From the NCBI GenBank assembly GCA_964016885.1, contig OZ024741.1:179490001-179554000 (forward strand): a stretch of DNA of 64,000 nucleotides, given 5' to 3'. Position numbers and translations under genes: made by a program. The notes under the pieces are model-generated. The model ran no database searches, was not told the origin of the DNA, and saw only the letters and a list, made by a program, of their open reading frames with translations. The stretch comes from Eledone cirrhosa. Its lineage: Eukaryota. Shown here piece by piece: positions 18,667 through 32,449 of the stretch. The stretch's first letter is position 1. Each line of letters opens with the position of its first letter.

Positions 18667-19635
18667 TACCATCAGCTATATTTTTACCACAGCAAATATC
18701 ATTTATTCACTTGGTATATTATTAGATGTCTACAACAAATGATCTTTCTAAACAGCAGAATATCTGATGGTTCTGATATCCCAGCTAATAGTTCTGAAGA
18801 CATTTGAACTATGACATTAACATTTCCAGATCACATTGCTCAACACCATTCATTCATAGCATGTCTTACTTTCTTTGATAAATATTCTAAAACTATTACG
18901 CACATAACATGTTACGAATAATATTAACATATATATAAACAAACTTTATGATTTAAGAAACGCTGAGAAAGGGTTTCACATTTGAGAATGTGAGCATCCC
19001 AAACACGGAAAATGACAGTAATAACAGTTGATCGCAATGAATAATAGTTGAGAAAATCTGGCAAAATATCATTGGAGATGGAAAAAAGGTGGACAGAAGT
19101 GCCTGTAAGGAATTGAACCTTGCATCTCTTGAATACCATGTTAGCCATACTCTATATATATTGTTGTATTTTTGTGGTAAAGGCTTTATCTCAAATAATA
19201 TTGAATCCATGAGATTTTGATGTCATTTATTTTGAGAACAATACCTTAACATCAGTATGAGCAGCCAATTTAAACAGAAAGAGGTGAGAGAATTCTGGCT
19301 GGATACAGCCGGTTTAAATCCTAAAGGGTTAAGGGTTTACTGACACCCACTTCTGTCTTTTTAGAATATAGCTAGAAATATAAACAAATTTTATGATTTA
19401 CGAAGTGCTGGGGGAGTTTGAAATTTGAAAATGTGAGCATCCCAAATGCAGAAAACCACCAGAATAAGAGTTGATCTCTATAAATAATAGTTGAGAAAAT
19501 CGCGTGATACAAGCCACCAATGATGACAAACTTTGTCAAATACTATAGTACTGAAAAATGTAATTGTTTCAAAACATTTTAGATTCATATACTCTGAGAG
19601 AGAGAGAGAGAGAGAGAGAGGAGGGATAGAGATAG

Positions 19636-19667
<32 letters not shown>

Positions 19668-19719
19668 AACAACAAAGAGGAGGAAAGAGAAAGGGTAGTA
19701 GCACTTATTAACTTTCAGC

Positions 19720-19925
19720 ATGTCTGAGACTAGTGGGAGGTAAAGGCAGGGCCTCCAAACCTGAGGAGAGGGTAAAGCAGTACCCCTGACCCTATTATGG
19801 TCTCCAAGCCTGGTAGGAGGGAAGAGCAGTATTGCTCACTCTTTTCCTGGCCTCTGAGTCTGTTGGGAGGGAAGGGCAGTGTTCATGATCCTTTTCGAGG
19901 CTTCTGAGACTGGTGGGAGGAAGAA
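19720..19925 (+). repeat. Degenerate ~50-bp minisatellite
   Basis: Repeated tctgagactggtgggagggaagggcagt units. Confidence 0.55.
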
Positions 19926-20569
19926 ATGAGGGACTTGGCCTGAAACCTTGCAACAGAGTAGACTTTGTTAAAGGTACCTAAGAGCCAGTTTGTGGTGTTA
20001 AACCGATGAAGGATTAAGTCTCAGCAGGTCACAGTGGGATTTTAACTCAGAATACAAAGAGCAGGAATAAATACAGAAAGGCATCTCATCCGACACTCTC
20101 ACAATACCATTAGTCCACCAGTCTAGAAAGGGTAGAAGTATACTGTGCCACTTTTCCTTTTACCTTACTATATTTGTCTCTATAAAAAAAAAGGAAAGAA
20201 GTCAATTGACAGATCAAACTAAGGAAACCATGTTTCTATTGATCTTTCTATTGCTTTTACTATCCAGATGAAGAAAGTGAAATTTCAACTCAGAGTGCAG
20301 AAAACCAGATTAAATACTGAAACGTACTCCGCCTTTCTTTTAACAATTCAGCCAATCCACTGCCCCTGGACTGGCACTTTATTTATTGAACTCAAAAGGT
20401 TGTAAGGCAAGGTTGACTTCTGTAGAATTTGAACTTGGAATGCAGAGACTGGATCAAATACTGCAAAGCCTCCAGTCCACTTTTTTAACAATTCTGCCAA
20501 TCCACCATCCCTGGATTGGAGTAGTAGTAGTAGTAGTGCTGATTGTGGTCTATTGTACCTGTAATTCAA

Positions 20570-20970
20570 AAGTTCATCCTTATTACAGTGTCATGCTGAG
20601 TTTCCCAGAGAACTATGTAAAGGGTATAAACATCTGTGGAATACTCAGCATTTACATTATAATCCAAGATTAACTGTACCTGTAATTCAAAGGGTTAGCT
20701 TTGTCCAAGTGCTATGTTGAATATCCTTGAGAACTATGTTAAAGGCACACATATCTGTGGAATACTCAGCCACTTATGCTATAATACAAAGGCACAGTCA
20801 CAGTTGTTATGCACTATGTCATGTTGAATCTTCTTCAGAATTACATTAAGGATATAGTTGTCTGTGGAATACTCAGTCACTTATACTATAATGCCAGAAG
20901 AACTATTCTTGTACGTCAAATGTCCAGCTTTGTTATACAGTGTCATACTAAATCTCCCTGAGAATCAGCT
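20570..20970 (+). repeat. Tandem ~110-120-bp units of a dispersed repeat
   Basis: tgtacctgtaattcaaa..gagaactatg..tctgtggaatactcag repeated 3-4 times. Also near 29040, 37200 and 48935-49200. Confidence 0.7.
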
Positions 20971-22513
20971 ACCAACACATAAATGTAACAAGTAGGCTGT
21001 TCCATTGACCAAACAACTCGAACACTCATTGTTGAACACCAAATTCAAAACAACCTTCAACCCTTTCTAATTAAAAAACATTAATTACAGCCATCACTTG
21101 CAATTGAGCATAATTTGCACTTATTTATCATACTTTTGCTAAGGGTTTTAAGTTTGTATGCAGTCTTGAAAAGACCCTGCTCTTCAACCTTCCTCTTTTA
21201 TCAAGTGAAATATCCAGGATGTAACAGCTAGCAGGAGAGAGGGCTGCACTAATACTGGGCCTGTACTTGCTTTGAAAGGATGAAAAGCAAAGCAGACACC
21301 GGTGGCGTTTGAACTCGAAATGCAGTGACTCAGAACAAATATCCAATGTTCTAATGAATCTGTCAAATCAACCATCTTACAAAATTACTGCCTTCTAATT
21401 TAGATAAATAAAACCGCAAAATGAAATTAAAATAGAAATTTTAGAACATATTTAGCGAATATATACAGCATGGCTATGAAGCTAAGGAGTTCACTTCACA
21501 AGCACATAGTTCTGGGTTCAGTCCCACTGCATGGCACGTATTATAGCCTAGATTTAACCAGTGCCTTATGGGTAGAATTTGGTAAATGGAAAATGCAGAA
21601 GCCCATATATCATCATCATTTAACATCCACTTTCTCTGCAAGCAAGGGTTGGACAGGTCTACATAGACCAAGTCAGTACTGAAGAGAGGCTACTGACATC
21701 TCAGACAGGCTGAGGGGTTTGTATCCTGTTTACATAGTCATATTGAGTACAGAGAAGTTGTGTCTTTTGAGACAAATTAATGGGTCCTCCCGACCCCTTA
21801 TTGGCAAGCTTTCTACAGCTGGATGCTCTTCCCAACACCAACCACTTTACAGCATGTATTGGGTACTTTTATTGTGTAGATCACTAGCACTACAGAGGCT
21901 GTCATGTCCTTGATACTCAAGGGTCCTCCCAACCCTTTGTTTGGTAAGCTTTCTATGGTTGGATGCCCTTCCTATCATCAAAAATATTGTAGCATGTACT
22001 AGGTGAATTTATTGTGTAGATCACCAACACTAGAGAGGCTGTTGTGTCTTTGACACAACTAAAAGGTCTTCTCAACCCTTTTAAGCATTGTTTTTACAGC
22101 AAGGTGCTCTTCCTGTTGCCAAACAACTTTACTGTATGTACTGGGGGCATTTTCGTGTCACCATCACGAGAGAGATTGTTGGTCATAGACCCAACTGTAG
22201 AGGCCTCTCAGCTTTAGAGAGGAGGGAAATAGTGGAGGGAGATAGGCATGAAGTTATATATGTATCTGGAGATTTGGCAGGGCAATAAGTAATGGGTAGG
22301 AGTGGTTGATCAGTTTATGGGGAGAAGGAGATGTTGTGGCGCAACGACGGTTTTGGTCAATCAATAGGTATACACACACTACACACTTATATGTATCTCT
22401 CTCTCTCAGTATATATATGTATATATATTGTCTCAAGTGGGACAACCCGTCTAACCCATGCCAGTGGGGAAAATAGATGTGAAATGATGATGATGATTAT
22501 ATATATATAAGGA

Positions 22514-22971
22514 GTGAGGAGCGCGATGCTGCATGGTAGTGAGACATGGGCAGCAACCGCAGAGGATATGCGACGGCTGGAGAGAAATGAGGCAAGCATG
22601 CTCCGTTGGATGTGCAGTGTAAATGTGCGTGAACGACCCAGCATAAATGTGTTGAGAGAGAAACTGTGTCTGAGAGGGATAGAATGTAGTGTACGGGAGA
22701 GGAGACTGAGGTGGTATGGACATGTGATGCGCATGGAGGATGACCGATGGGTGAAGAAGTGCCAGGAAATGCCAGTTGAAGGAAGACGTGGTAGAGGTAG
22801 ACCACGAAAAACATGGGCGGAGGTGGTGAGAACAGACCTCAGATCATTGAAGCTCACGGTGGAGATGACGAGGGACCGTGACGAGTGGAGAGATGCTGTG
22901 CTGAATAAGACCCGTCCCACCCTTGCAAGCAGGGAAAAGCGGACGTAAAATGATGATGATGATGATGATGA
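22514..22971 (+). mobile_element. RTE-clade LINE 3' fragment (family A)
   Basis: MLHGSETW, RRLRWYGHVMR, GRGRPRKTW. Ends ggacgtaaaa(TGA)n. Confidence 0.9.
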
Positions 22972-23051
22972 TACACACACATACATATATATATGAACAT
23001 ATACATACATATATACAAACATAGATACATATATATATACATACATACATA

Positions 23052-23578
23052 ATAGGCAGACCCAGAAAAACCTGGGACGAGCTGATAAATTCCGACCTCA
23101 CACACTTACACCTCTCCAAGACAATGTCACTGGACCGAGACCTTTGGCGGTACTCAGTAATAGAGAAGACCCGCCTTACCTAAATACAAAGTAAAACCTA
23201 CTACAGTCAGTAGGCATCTCTAACAAAATACACCTCGTCCCACCACCCCCACCCCATCCACACCGCCCCTTTCAATGTAAAGTTATGTTGGTGCCACAAC
23301 ATCCAGGCCGAAACAAATGAGATCGTGTAGGTGTCACGACAAAAAACACACAGTCCACGCTGTAATGTGGCCGTGTAGGCAACACGGTAAAAACCTCCCA
23401 GCCCCACACTGTAAATGTGGTTGGTGTTAGGAAGGGCATCCAGCTGTAGAAAACCCGCCAGACAGTCCTATGCGAGCAAGACAACCACTCTTGCCTCAAG
23501 TGGGAAAACTCCCGTCCAAACCCATGCAAGCGTGGAACATGGACGTTAAACGATGATGATGATGATGATTATGATGAT
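23052..23578 (+). mobile_element. RTE family B 3' fragment
   Basis: ggcagacccagaaaaacctgg (GRPRKTW) plus a 3' UTR matching 62281-62830 in reverse complement. Confidence 0.85.
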
Positions 23579-23805
23579 AATAGGAAATATATATCGTAGG
23601 ATAGGAGGAGATAGGGAGATCCAGAGAAGTGCGATTACAGATTACTAAATGCCAATAGCAGAAGTGAAGTGTGCTCAATGCTTGGGTTAGCAGAGTTAAA
23701 TATTAGAGAGGTAATATTTAGTAGATTGTTCAAGCAGAGCAGGTATGAACAAATGAATCAATGAAGGAGTTACAAGCCGTTAAAACAAGTTCTTTATATA
23801 AATGT

Positions 23806-24197
23806 ATCATCATCATCACCGTTTTACGTCCGTTCTTCCACGCTAGCATGGGTTAGAAGGGTTGTCCTGTTGTGGGCAGTGTCCAGTCGGCTGACATTGT
23901 TTTGCTCATACGGGAACTGATTCTGGCTTGATTTCTACAGCTGGATGCCCTTCCTAACACCAACCTCATTTACAGTGAGTGCTGGGTGCTTTTTTGCCGT
24001 GGCACCTCCACGACCACTTTGCAGTGGAATGATATGGACCCCAGTCCCTATCATCTCATTTCTACAGCTGAGTAAACTGGAGCAATGTGAAATAAAGTGT
24101 CTTGCTCAAGGAAACAACACATCACCCGGTCTGAGAATTGAACTCACAACCTTTTGATTGCAAGCCCAATACTCTAACCACTAAGCCATGTGCCTTC
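23806..24197 (-). mobile_element. tRNA-derived SINE with V-domain-like core and RTE-type tail
   Basis: A box TGGCTTAGTGG, B box GAGTTCAATTC, core ccttgagcaagacactt..cacattgctccag, (GAT)n tail. Confidence 0.85.
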
Positions 24198-24214
24198 ATA
24201 TATATATGCGCCTT

Positions 24215-24586
<372 letters not shown>

Positions 24587-24587
<1 letters not shown>

Positions 24588-24824
24588 AAAAGCACCCAGC
24601 CCACACTGTAAAGTGGACATGTAGGCACCTCGGAAAAGAAAAGCACCCACCAGTCACTGTAAATGAGGTTGGTGTTAGGAAGGGCATCCAGCTGTAGAAA
24701 TCATGCCAAAATAAGTTCCTGTATGAGCAAGACAAGGTCAGCCGACTGGACACTGCTCACAATAGAAGACAACCCGTCTAACCCATGCTAGCGTGGAAGA
24801 ACGGACGTAAAATGGTGATGATGA

Positions 24825-24827
<3 letters not shown>
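24587..24827 (+). mobile_element. SINE/RTE-type 3' fragment, inverted relative to 23806
   Basis: ggtgttaggaagggcatccagctgtagaaa..ccatgctagcgtggaagaacggacgtaaaa-(TGA)n. Further copies near 41560-41895 (+), 42110-42385 (-) and 44297-44577 (-). Confidence 0.8.
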
Positions 24828-24871
<44 letters not shown>

Positions 24872-25149
24872 CACACACATATGTATATGTATGTCAGTGT
24901 CTACATTTGTGATTGTGTTTGTGTTTATATTCTTTAAATTAGCAGTTCAACAAGTGCTACAGAAACCAATGATAAAAGACCATATTCTGTGTGATGTAAT
25001 GTGGAAGAATGAATGTATATAGATATTTATATAAAATTTTATTGAAACTGGTTTTAGAGAGAGATTTGTAAAATTTACGTAAATATGGAAAGCCTTTTAT
25101 AGTACATAAAGAGTGTAAAGCTTTTGTGAAATGTGGAGTGTATAGAGGA

Positions 25150-26090
25150 TGTGTTTGAATTGAACTGAACATTTATAAGCTGATATTTCAATTCATAACT
25201 TCTCTATACATTGTCAAATTTTGCAAAGAACTGGAAGTTGTTGACAGAGATTCTACAACAGTAGCCAAACATAAAACACTTGCTAAGGGTCCTTATACCA
25301 TCAGAACACCCAGAATAATAATCAAAACACCTAGAAATTCAATTAGCGCCATTGCTAAGAAGGTCAAGGTTTCAAGGCACACTATCAGAACAATTGTGCA
25401 TGAGGACCATCCATACAAGTCATATATGATGTGGAGAAACCAATTTATGTCTGCAAAGACAAACAATAACAATCTGATTTGGGCAAAGTGCTTGTTGAGC
25501 AAGTTGAAACATCAACAGCCTGGAATGCTTTGGTTTTTCTCTAATGAGAAATCTTTGATCAGGACCAAAATGTCAACTGAAGGAATGGCAGATGGTTATG
25601 CAGAAACCATAAAGCCATTTCAACAACTGTGATGGTTCAGGGAGTCATGAGCAATAAGGGAGATGTCCTGCCTCCTTACTTCTTTCCTCAGAGCATAAGG
25701 GTCAATGCAGCTGACTATAAGAAGGTGAGGGAGAGGGTTGTGAGGCTTTTGATAGAGAGCATGACCAAAGAAGACTATACACATACCAACAAACTCTGCA
25801 CCATCTCATAAGGCCAAGACAACTCAAGAATGGATGAGTTATAAGCTCCATGATCACATCATCCCAAATATATAACCGCCTAGCTCTCCAGACCTAAATC
25901 TGTTGAACTACTACGTATGGAGCATAGTTGAGAGGGAAGTCAATCAATGCCCTATGAAATCTCTGAAGTCTGCCATAACTAGCACAATGTCCAAAATAGA
26001 TAAAAATCATATGATTGTGGCATATCAATGTTTCAGACCTTGTATTGAAGCAGTCATTGATGCTAATGTCAGATTTATTGAGTAGATGCG
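25150..26090 (+). pseudogene. Tc1/mariner superfamily transposase remnant, DD37D (maT-like)
   Basis: HTH region SISAIAKKVKVSRHTIR, WFFSNEK, (D)SAPSHKAKTTQEW and PPSSPDLNLLNYYVWS. Manual count gives 37 residues between the second and third catalytic positions. Multiple stops and frameshifts. Confidence 0.8.
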
Positions 26091-27263
26091 TCAAAAAGTG
26101 TCTAAAAATTATTCACGTCAATCTTTTTACTCAAATAAAGCTCTTCTTTCATGACTTATGCAATTTTTTCTAAATTCATGCAAATATCTGAGCATTACTA
26201 TTTTAGTAATGAAATAATAATTTTCGTAAATCCCTCAAAATTCCTCATTAATTAATTGAAATTGAAATAAAGTGCATTTCTAAAACCACACATTTTAACG
26301 GATTCCTATTTAAATTAGAACTTCCAACATAAATTTATATAAGAATAATATGTTAAGCTATCTTAGTAATGAAATAATAATCTTAGTAAATCCCTCAAAA
26401 TTCTTCATTAACTCTTAATGTACTGTACTGCATGAAAGCACATTAACAAGCCATTCTTGGACACGACAAAACAACACTATAACTGCTTCACATTATAACT
26501 TAAAGTATTTTCTTTAGTTTACTGCAAATTTTCACAACATTATGTACATTAGTAAAGATACTTCAAACATTTGAATTAATAAACCCACTTTTAGATATTT
26601 TCTGCAAAATCATTACAGGATGTTAAGAGTTAATTAATTGAATTAAAGTTCATTTCATTTGTAATATGGCCACAAAATGGTTAAATATCAGATGGTTGCT
26701 ATACCACACCATTCCTGCCACAAATACTTTACTGTGTCTTTGTCAAACACATTTTACACTCAATGGGCTCCACCTAGCAGTAAATAGGCATCACGAGGCA
26801 GTTACAACTTAATTGCTTAAAGCAGTGAGTGCACTTTATGAATAATGAGTACCTTGTTAGCTTGCAGCAGTGAGTTCAACTCCTATTTGTAACAGGTATT
26901 TCTTTATTAAGAAAGGGAGATATCCTTGGACTACTAAATATTTTGAAAGCTGCTCTAAACTGTGACACACTTTACTACACAACAAGAAATCCCATAGAAT
27001 TTGTGATTAAAAGTTCTACTGAAATTAGGTTAAATTGAAATTTCTTCCTTTGCTCCAAACTGCAGTTATATTTCACCCAACACAATCAATCCCCTCATCC
27101 AATATTCACATTCAAGTTCCATCCATGGGCCCTTAACCTCTGATGGAGTCATAAGGGTGCCATCATGAAATATGGTATATTTAGGCCATTTAAACCTGGT
27201 GGAGCCCGTCCCTCTCCAGGTTGGAACAAAGTCAATTTTATTCAAAGAAAAATAGAGAGAGAG

Positions 27264-27315
<52 letters not shown>

Positions 27316-27589
27316 AAAAAAAATAGAAGAAGTACTGACCCCAGTACTGGAATGGGACTTTAGTTATTGACCTCAAATGGATGAAAGGCAAAGGTGACCT
27401 CAGAGGGATTTGAACTAAAAGAGCAGAAGTGGAAATAATACAGCAAGGCATTCTATTTGATGTTCTCACAACTCTGCTGATTTGCCACTCATGTACATGT
27501 GTATATAACTGTAGCCCATACATAAATCATATCTATTTAGCACTGATTATTAAAATACTTAATGAGTAGTTTGAACCAGAGGCCTACAG

Positions 27590-27860
27590 TTCACATTTGG
27601 TCTGGGTCTATTACTAGCTTTGTGATTCAACATTTTTGCATCTGGCCTAGGTCTGTTACCAGTTTTGAAGCCCTACCTTTCACATCTGGCCAAGGCCTAG
27701 TACCAGCATCAGGACCCTATATTTTAAATTTAGCCCGAGCCTATTACCAGTTTCAGTATGTGTGTGTGGTAGGAGTTATATTTTATATGTAGCCTGTATC
27801 TATTACCAGCTTTGAAGCTCCATATTTTATATCTAGCCTGGGTCTAGTAATGGCTTTGCA
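27590..27860 (+). repeat. Degenerate ~43-bp minisatellite
   Basis: Repeated tctattaccagctttgaag..acatctggcc units. Confidence 0.6.
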
Positions 27861-28040
27861 TGGATTGGTCAGAAAATAAAGGGCTTTGTCTGGCCATACA
27901 CAATATAATTTATTACATCAACATATGATATTGTGACTTAAAGCACACTCACCCTTAATCACTCACCACCCACATTGAAACACACATAAGCACACACACA
28001 CACACACAAAGTAACATTCAATATGTAAATGATGTCTTAC

Positions 28041-28078
28041 CTTTGCAGAAGTATTTCAAGAATTTGGTTTGATGGCAT
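28041..28078 (-). CDS. Probable first coding segment of the zinc-finger gene (MPSNQILEILLQ-R), in exon 28121-28041
   Basis: tatttag| acceptor at 28122/28121 and AAG|gtaaga donor at 28041/28040. ATG at 28078 is preceded by an in-frame stop, and its phase-2 end joins exon 16958 in frame (LLQR-ADFEKSVTM), giving 752 aa. No transcript evidence available. Confidence 0.6.
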
Positions 28079-29194
28079 TTCAAAAAAAAGCCAGAAGCAT
28101 TAAGTCCAAACTGGTTTTCACCTAAATATACAGAATAGGTTAAGTTTAAGAGGAACTGCTGAGATGGAATTGTATCACTACACCAGGCTGTTAAACTCCA
28201 AATTACAATACAATACAATTGAGAAACAACAAGTTTTTAAATCTTAACATCCTGTACCATATCAAATCACATTAGCAAGACATTCTTGAAAAATACAAAA
28301 CAGGACTAAGACTGCATCATATTAAAACCAAAGTCCTTATTCTAATATTACAATTTTCTAGTGATCTGTCCAGTAGTAAAGATGCTATAAACATTTGAAT
28401 TAACATCATTTATCGCAAGGAACCACATTAGCAAGACATTCGTTAAAAGTATAAAACAGCACCATGATTGTATCACATTGAAAATTAAAGTATTTACTCT
28501 AATACTGTAAAATTTTATAATATACTATAAACATTTGAATTAACTGAATTTTCTGCTATATCATTACAATTAAAGCTATTCTCCTTGTTAAAATAGGAAT
28601 TAGCATTGCAGGCTCATGACAGGATTCTTACTCATCACTTTGAGGGAATGATTTACAACCTTCTTGGCACCAGCCCTTGTCTCTTATGACACAGAGAGAT
28701 ACAGTATACATACAGAATACATATTATATATGTTATGTCAAAGATGTGACAACCTTCCTAGTGCTGGTAGCATGATAAAATGCACTCAGTAGAGTTTGGA
28801 AACATATGTAAGCAAGATGGATGTAATAGAGGTGTGTGGTACATGTGTGTGTGTGTGCATGTATGGCACAGGCATAGCCAAATAGTTAAGAAGTTCACTT
28901 TGTAATCTTGAGGTCTCTGGTTCTACCCCCACTACATGGCACATTGGGTAAATATCTTCTATCATAGCTTTGGGCCAACCAAATCCTCGTGAATAAAATT
29001 GGGTAGTCAGAAACTGTGTGGAAGCCTGTCAAATGAATTGTATCTGTAATTCAATGGGCCAACTATGCCTTGTCACACAAAATGTGACACTGATTCTGCC
29101 TATTGATTACATTAAGGGTATAAACGTTTTGTGGAATACTCAGTCACTCACACTATAATTTCAATGAGAGGGTACTTCTGTCAAACCACTGAAA

Positions 29195-30252
29195 TACTCA
29201 GTAAAAACACCAGCAGGCCCGAATCGTGAAACATCTGCATGCATGTGCAAAATCTGAAGAAAATCAGCTGGATACTCTTTAAGCGTACTAAATCTTAGAG
29301 TATGATTTTTCTTCAATTTGGAGAAAATTGGTTAGGTACTTTTCGAGTTTTATAGATTTGCACCCTGTCATCTGGACAGACATCATCTGAAGAAGTGACG
29401 TAGTTAATTATGTGAAAACCAAGTAGGGATATTGAGATGATGAAATCAGCGTGGCAACACAGCTGCAGCAGAATGGGGTCATAGTGCAATTAGCACAAAC
29501 ACTGAGCGGCACTGGTTGCACTGCGTTTACAGAGCAACAAAGGTGCAACAAAAGGGATCACCACGGAATTAGCACAACCGCTGTTCGGCGTACTTGTTCA
29601 GGGCGTTTATACTGCGGTCTAGGTGCAACAAAAAGGGTCTTAGTAGAAGTAGCACGGACGTGAGGTTTACGGTGTCAATAACATGGCAACGTACACAGGG
29701 CTTGGATTTGCGCGTGATGAAAGCACGAAGCGTCAACAGTGCGGCAACAAAAATTTTAAGGTCCTCCTCATTTCCCCAATCCCCTGAAAATGGTCCTGCT
29801 TAAAAGTAAGTAAGTGTTGTGTCCTCTGTCAAATAAACCAAATTTTTAACGAAATATTATATGTTACTTACAATGTTTAAGTAGCGTTTATATTGAAAAT
29901 GAAAATGGCATGTAATGCCCAATGCTAATTCGTAAATTTCCTAGAAACCATTAATGGAATCGTAATTTTTTTTTGCCCACAGCAACGTGAGGGGAATAAC
30001 TAATGTGTGCTGCAAATTTTGAGGAAATCGGCTGGATTATCTTTAAGTTACACCTAAAAAATAAAACCCTAAAAGTGCCTAAAAAAATGCGTTTTATTCG
30101 CCTAGTGTAGAAAAAGTTAAATTTTTTTTAGCCCATTGCACTTCAAGAAATATAAGTTACGCATGTGTAAAGTTGAAAAAAAAATTGGTCAAGTACTTTT
30201 CGAGTTTTAGGGATTTACACAGACAGACAGACATCTGTTTTATATATAGAGA
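29195..30252 (-). mobile_element. Non-autonomous Helitron-like element
   Basis: Minus 5' end TCTCTATATATAAAACAGATGTCTGTCTG resembles the 5' end at 39018. Internal degenerate tandem repeats at 29480-29660. The 3' end is degraded. Confidence 0.6.
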
Positions 30253-30491
30253 GATAATAGTGTAAATGGTTGAGTATTTCATAGATATATATCATTTTAA
30301 CAGAATTCTCAGAAATATTCAGCATGACACACTATGTAAACAAAGCTAACATTTTGAATTACAGGTACAGTCCATCTGATGAGCTTCCAAAAGGTTTCCG
30401 TCTACCCAATTTTACTCACAATGCTTGGGTCAACCTGAATAAAAAACATTTGCCCAGCATGCCACACATGTTGATAAAATATTCCTATACA

Positions 30492-30756
30492 CAGAGGCAT
30501 AACTAGGGAAAATAGTGCCTATGGCAAGCAGTGAAATTGTGCCCCTGCCCAGCACTGTATTTTTAATTATGTAATTCATATAAATAGTCTAGTGATCCAG
30601 CCACTATAGTGCTTCTCATCCATGATAATCAGAGACAGATCATACATCTCACTCTCCGACGATAGCTTATCTGACTTGAATAGAAAGTGCTCCTAGTCCA
30701 AGTGGCACCCCGCCCATGGCACAAGCCATGCTTGCTATACCCTAGTTATGCCTGTG
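30492..30756. mobile_element. hAT-type MITE
   Basis: TIRs CAGAGGCATAACTAGGG / CCCTAGTTATGCCTGTG with an exact 8-bp target duplication CCTATACA (30484-30491 and 30757-30764). Confidence 0.85.
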
Positions 30757-31804
30757 CCTATACAGCATCCTAAATATGAAATGAATTATAATAGAAGATA
30801 AGAGAAACTTGATAAATATTCTAAACAGAAGATTTTGAATAACTATGAGGTTAAGGAGTTCGCTTTGCGGCCATGTGGCTTCAGGTTCAGTCATATAATG
30901 TCGCATCTACTAAAACTTTACATTGACCAATGCCTTGTGAGTAAAATTTAGTAAACAAAAACTGTTCAGAAACCATATGTATGTATGTGTGAGTATGTGG
31001 CTGTTCATTTCCCTATTTATGTTTACTGTTTATGTTCCACAATTTAGCAGATTAACAAGCAGGGATTGATACATTTTATATCAGACTTTAAAAATAAAAA
31101 GTATTGGGGTTGATATGATTGTCTAAAATACCATCTAGGCAGTGCCCCAACATGGCCACAGACTAATCACTGAAACCAATAAAAGAATAAAAGAATATAC
31201 TAGAAAGCTGAATGGTGAAACATGATATTTCTATAGAAGGAGAAATCTGTGAACCACTTACACATATATAATATTCCATGTAGGCTTTCACAGTCATATA
31301 TCATTTTATTTGTTATGTTATAGTTTGCACTTCATTCTGGAAATAGAGAAAATAAAAAATTATTATTATTGGCAGAGTATCAGACAACATGCTTTGCAGC
31401 TTTTAGTTACGGCCTTTACGTTTTGAATTCAAATCCCACTGAGGTTAGCTTTGCCTTTCATCCTTATGGTGTCGAGGAAATAAGTACTAATAACACACTG
31501 GGGTCGATTTAATCGACTTTCCCCCTATCCCCAAATTGCTGGCTTTGTGCCTAAATAAGAAACCATTATTATAAAGTTTATAAAAGATGGTGGCTGTGGC
31601 AAAAATAGCAAGAGGGAATGGTTCTACTCTCAGTACGAGCCTATAATTCAAAGAAGGAAAATCGGAAGAGGGTACTTGCACATAGTAATCAAGGTGACTG
31701 ATTATATGGGGTTCCCTGATCATCCTTATTTGGTGGTTCTCCTGTCTCAGGAGGAGGGTTTATCATCATCCTCATTATATATATATATACATATATATAT
31801 TATC

Positions 31805-31995
31805 GCCTGGAATTTGCAGATGACATGGAATTACCTAACTTGACAGAAGGTGATCTCTGAATTGCATTTGATAGGTCTGATGCCAGGTATTGGCTGGAAT
31901 GAAAATCAGTGCTGCAAAGACTGAGATACATGTCCTCTCAAGGAAGCCTGCACATGTGAATGGAGTTCCACTGAAGCACGTGGAGAAGTTTCCTA
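31805..31995 (+). mobile_element. Degraded LINE RT fragment
   Basis: EFADD..GMKISAAKTE..LKHVEKF. Confidence 0.5.
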
Positions 31996-32449
31996 AACCT
32001 TTCTTCAAAATAAGGCTGCATCTTTTATTTTAAAAAACATGATAATTCTCCAAATTCTCAATTGTTTGCTAAGTTGATACAAACAGATAAGCTGCGTATT
32101 ACATTGGAAATATGATCACAAAATAGTTAAGACTAGACTAGACAAGAAAAACTGTATAAGTGGGTATAATTATGATGTCTAATTTTAACCCTATCTAATG
32201 AAATATTTTGTATCTTAAGTAATTATTGAAGAATTTAGGACGTATTTACTAAAATTATAATTTCATTAAGATGATATTAATAACAAATTATTCTTACATA
32301 AAATTATATTGGAAGTTGTAATTTAAGTACAGCTTCAATAAAATGGATGATTTTGTTTCACAAAAATATAGGCAGTTTTGGGCAGTTTGGTATCAAAAGG
32401 ATTAATAATAATACTACTACTACTACTACTACTACTAATAATAATAATA

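Noticed and set aside
21128-21346. Possible extra minus-strand exon (AAA|gtatga donor)
   Set aside because: Partly SINE-derived, and its open frame ends in phase 0, which does not fit the phase-2 acceptor at 16958.
24120-24197. tRNA-like sequences (also 40375-40445, 43420-43498, 45083-45175, 59815-59880, 61415-61493)
   Set aside because: SINE heads: they continue into SINE core sequence and lack a clean acceptor stem.
30375-30390. Isolated CTGATGA motifs (also 38651 and 49224)
   Set aside because: No stem II, GAAA and NUH arrangement follows.
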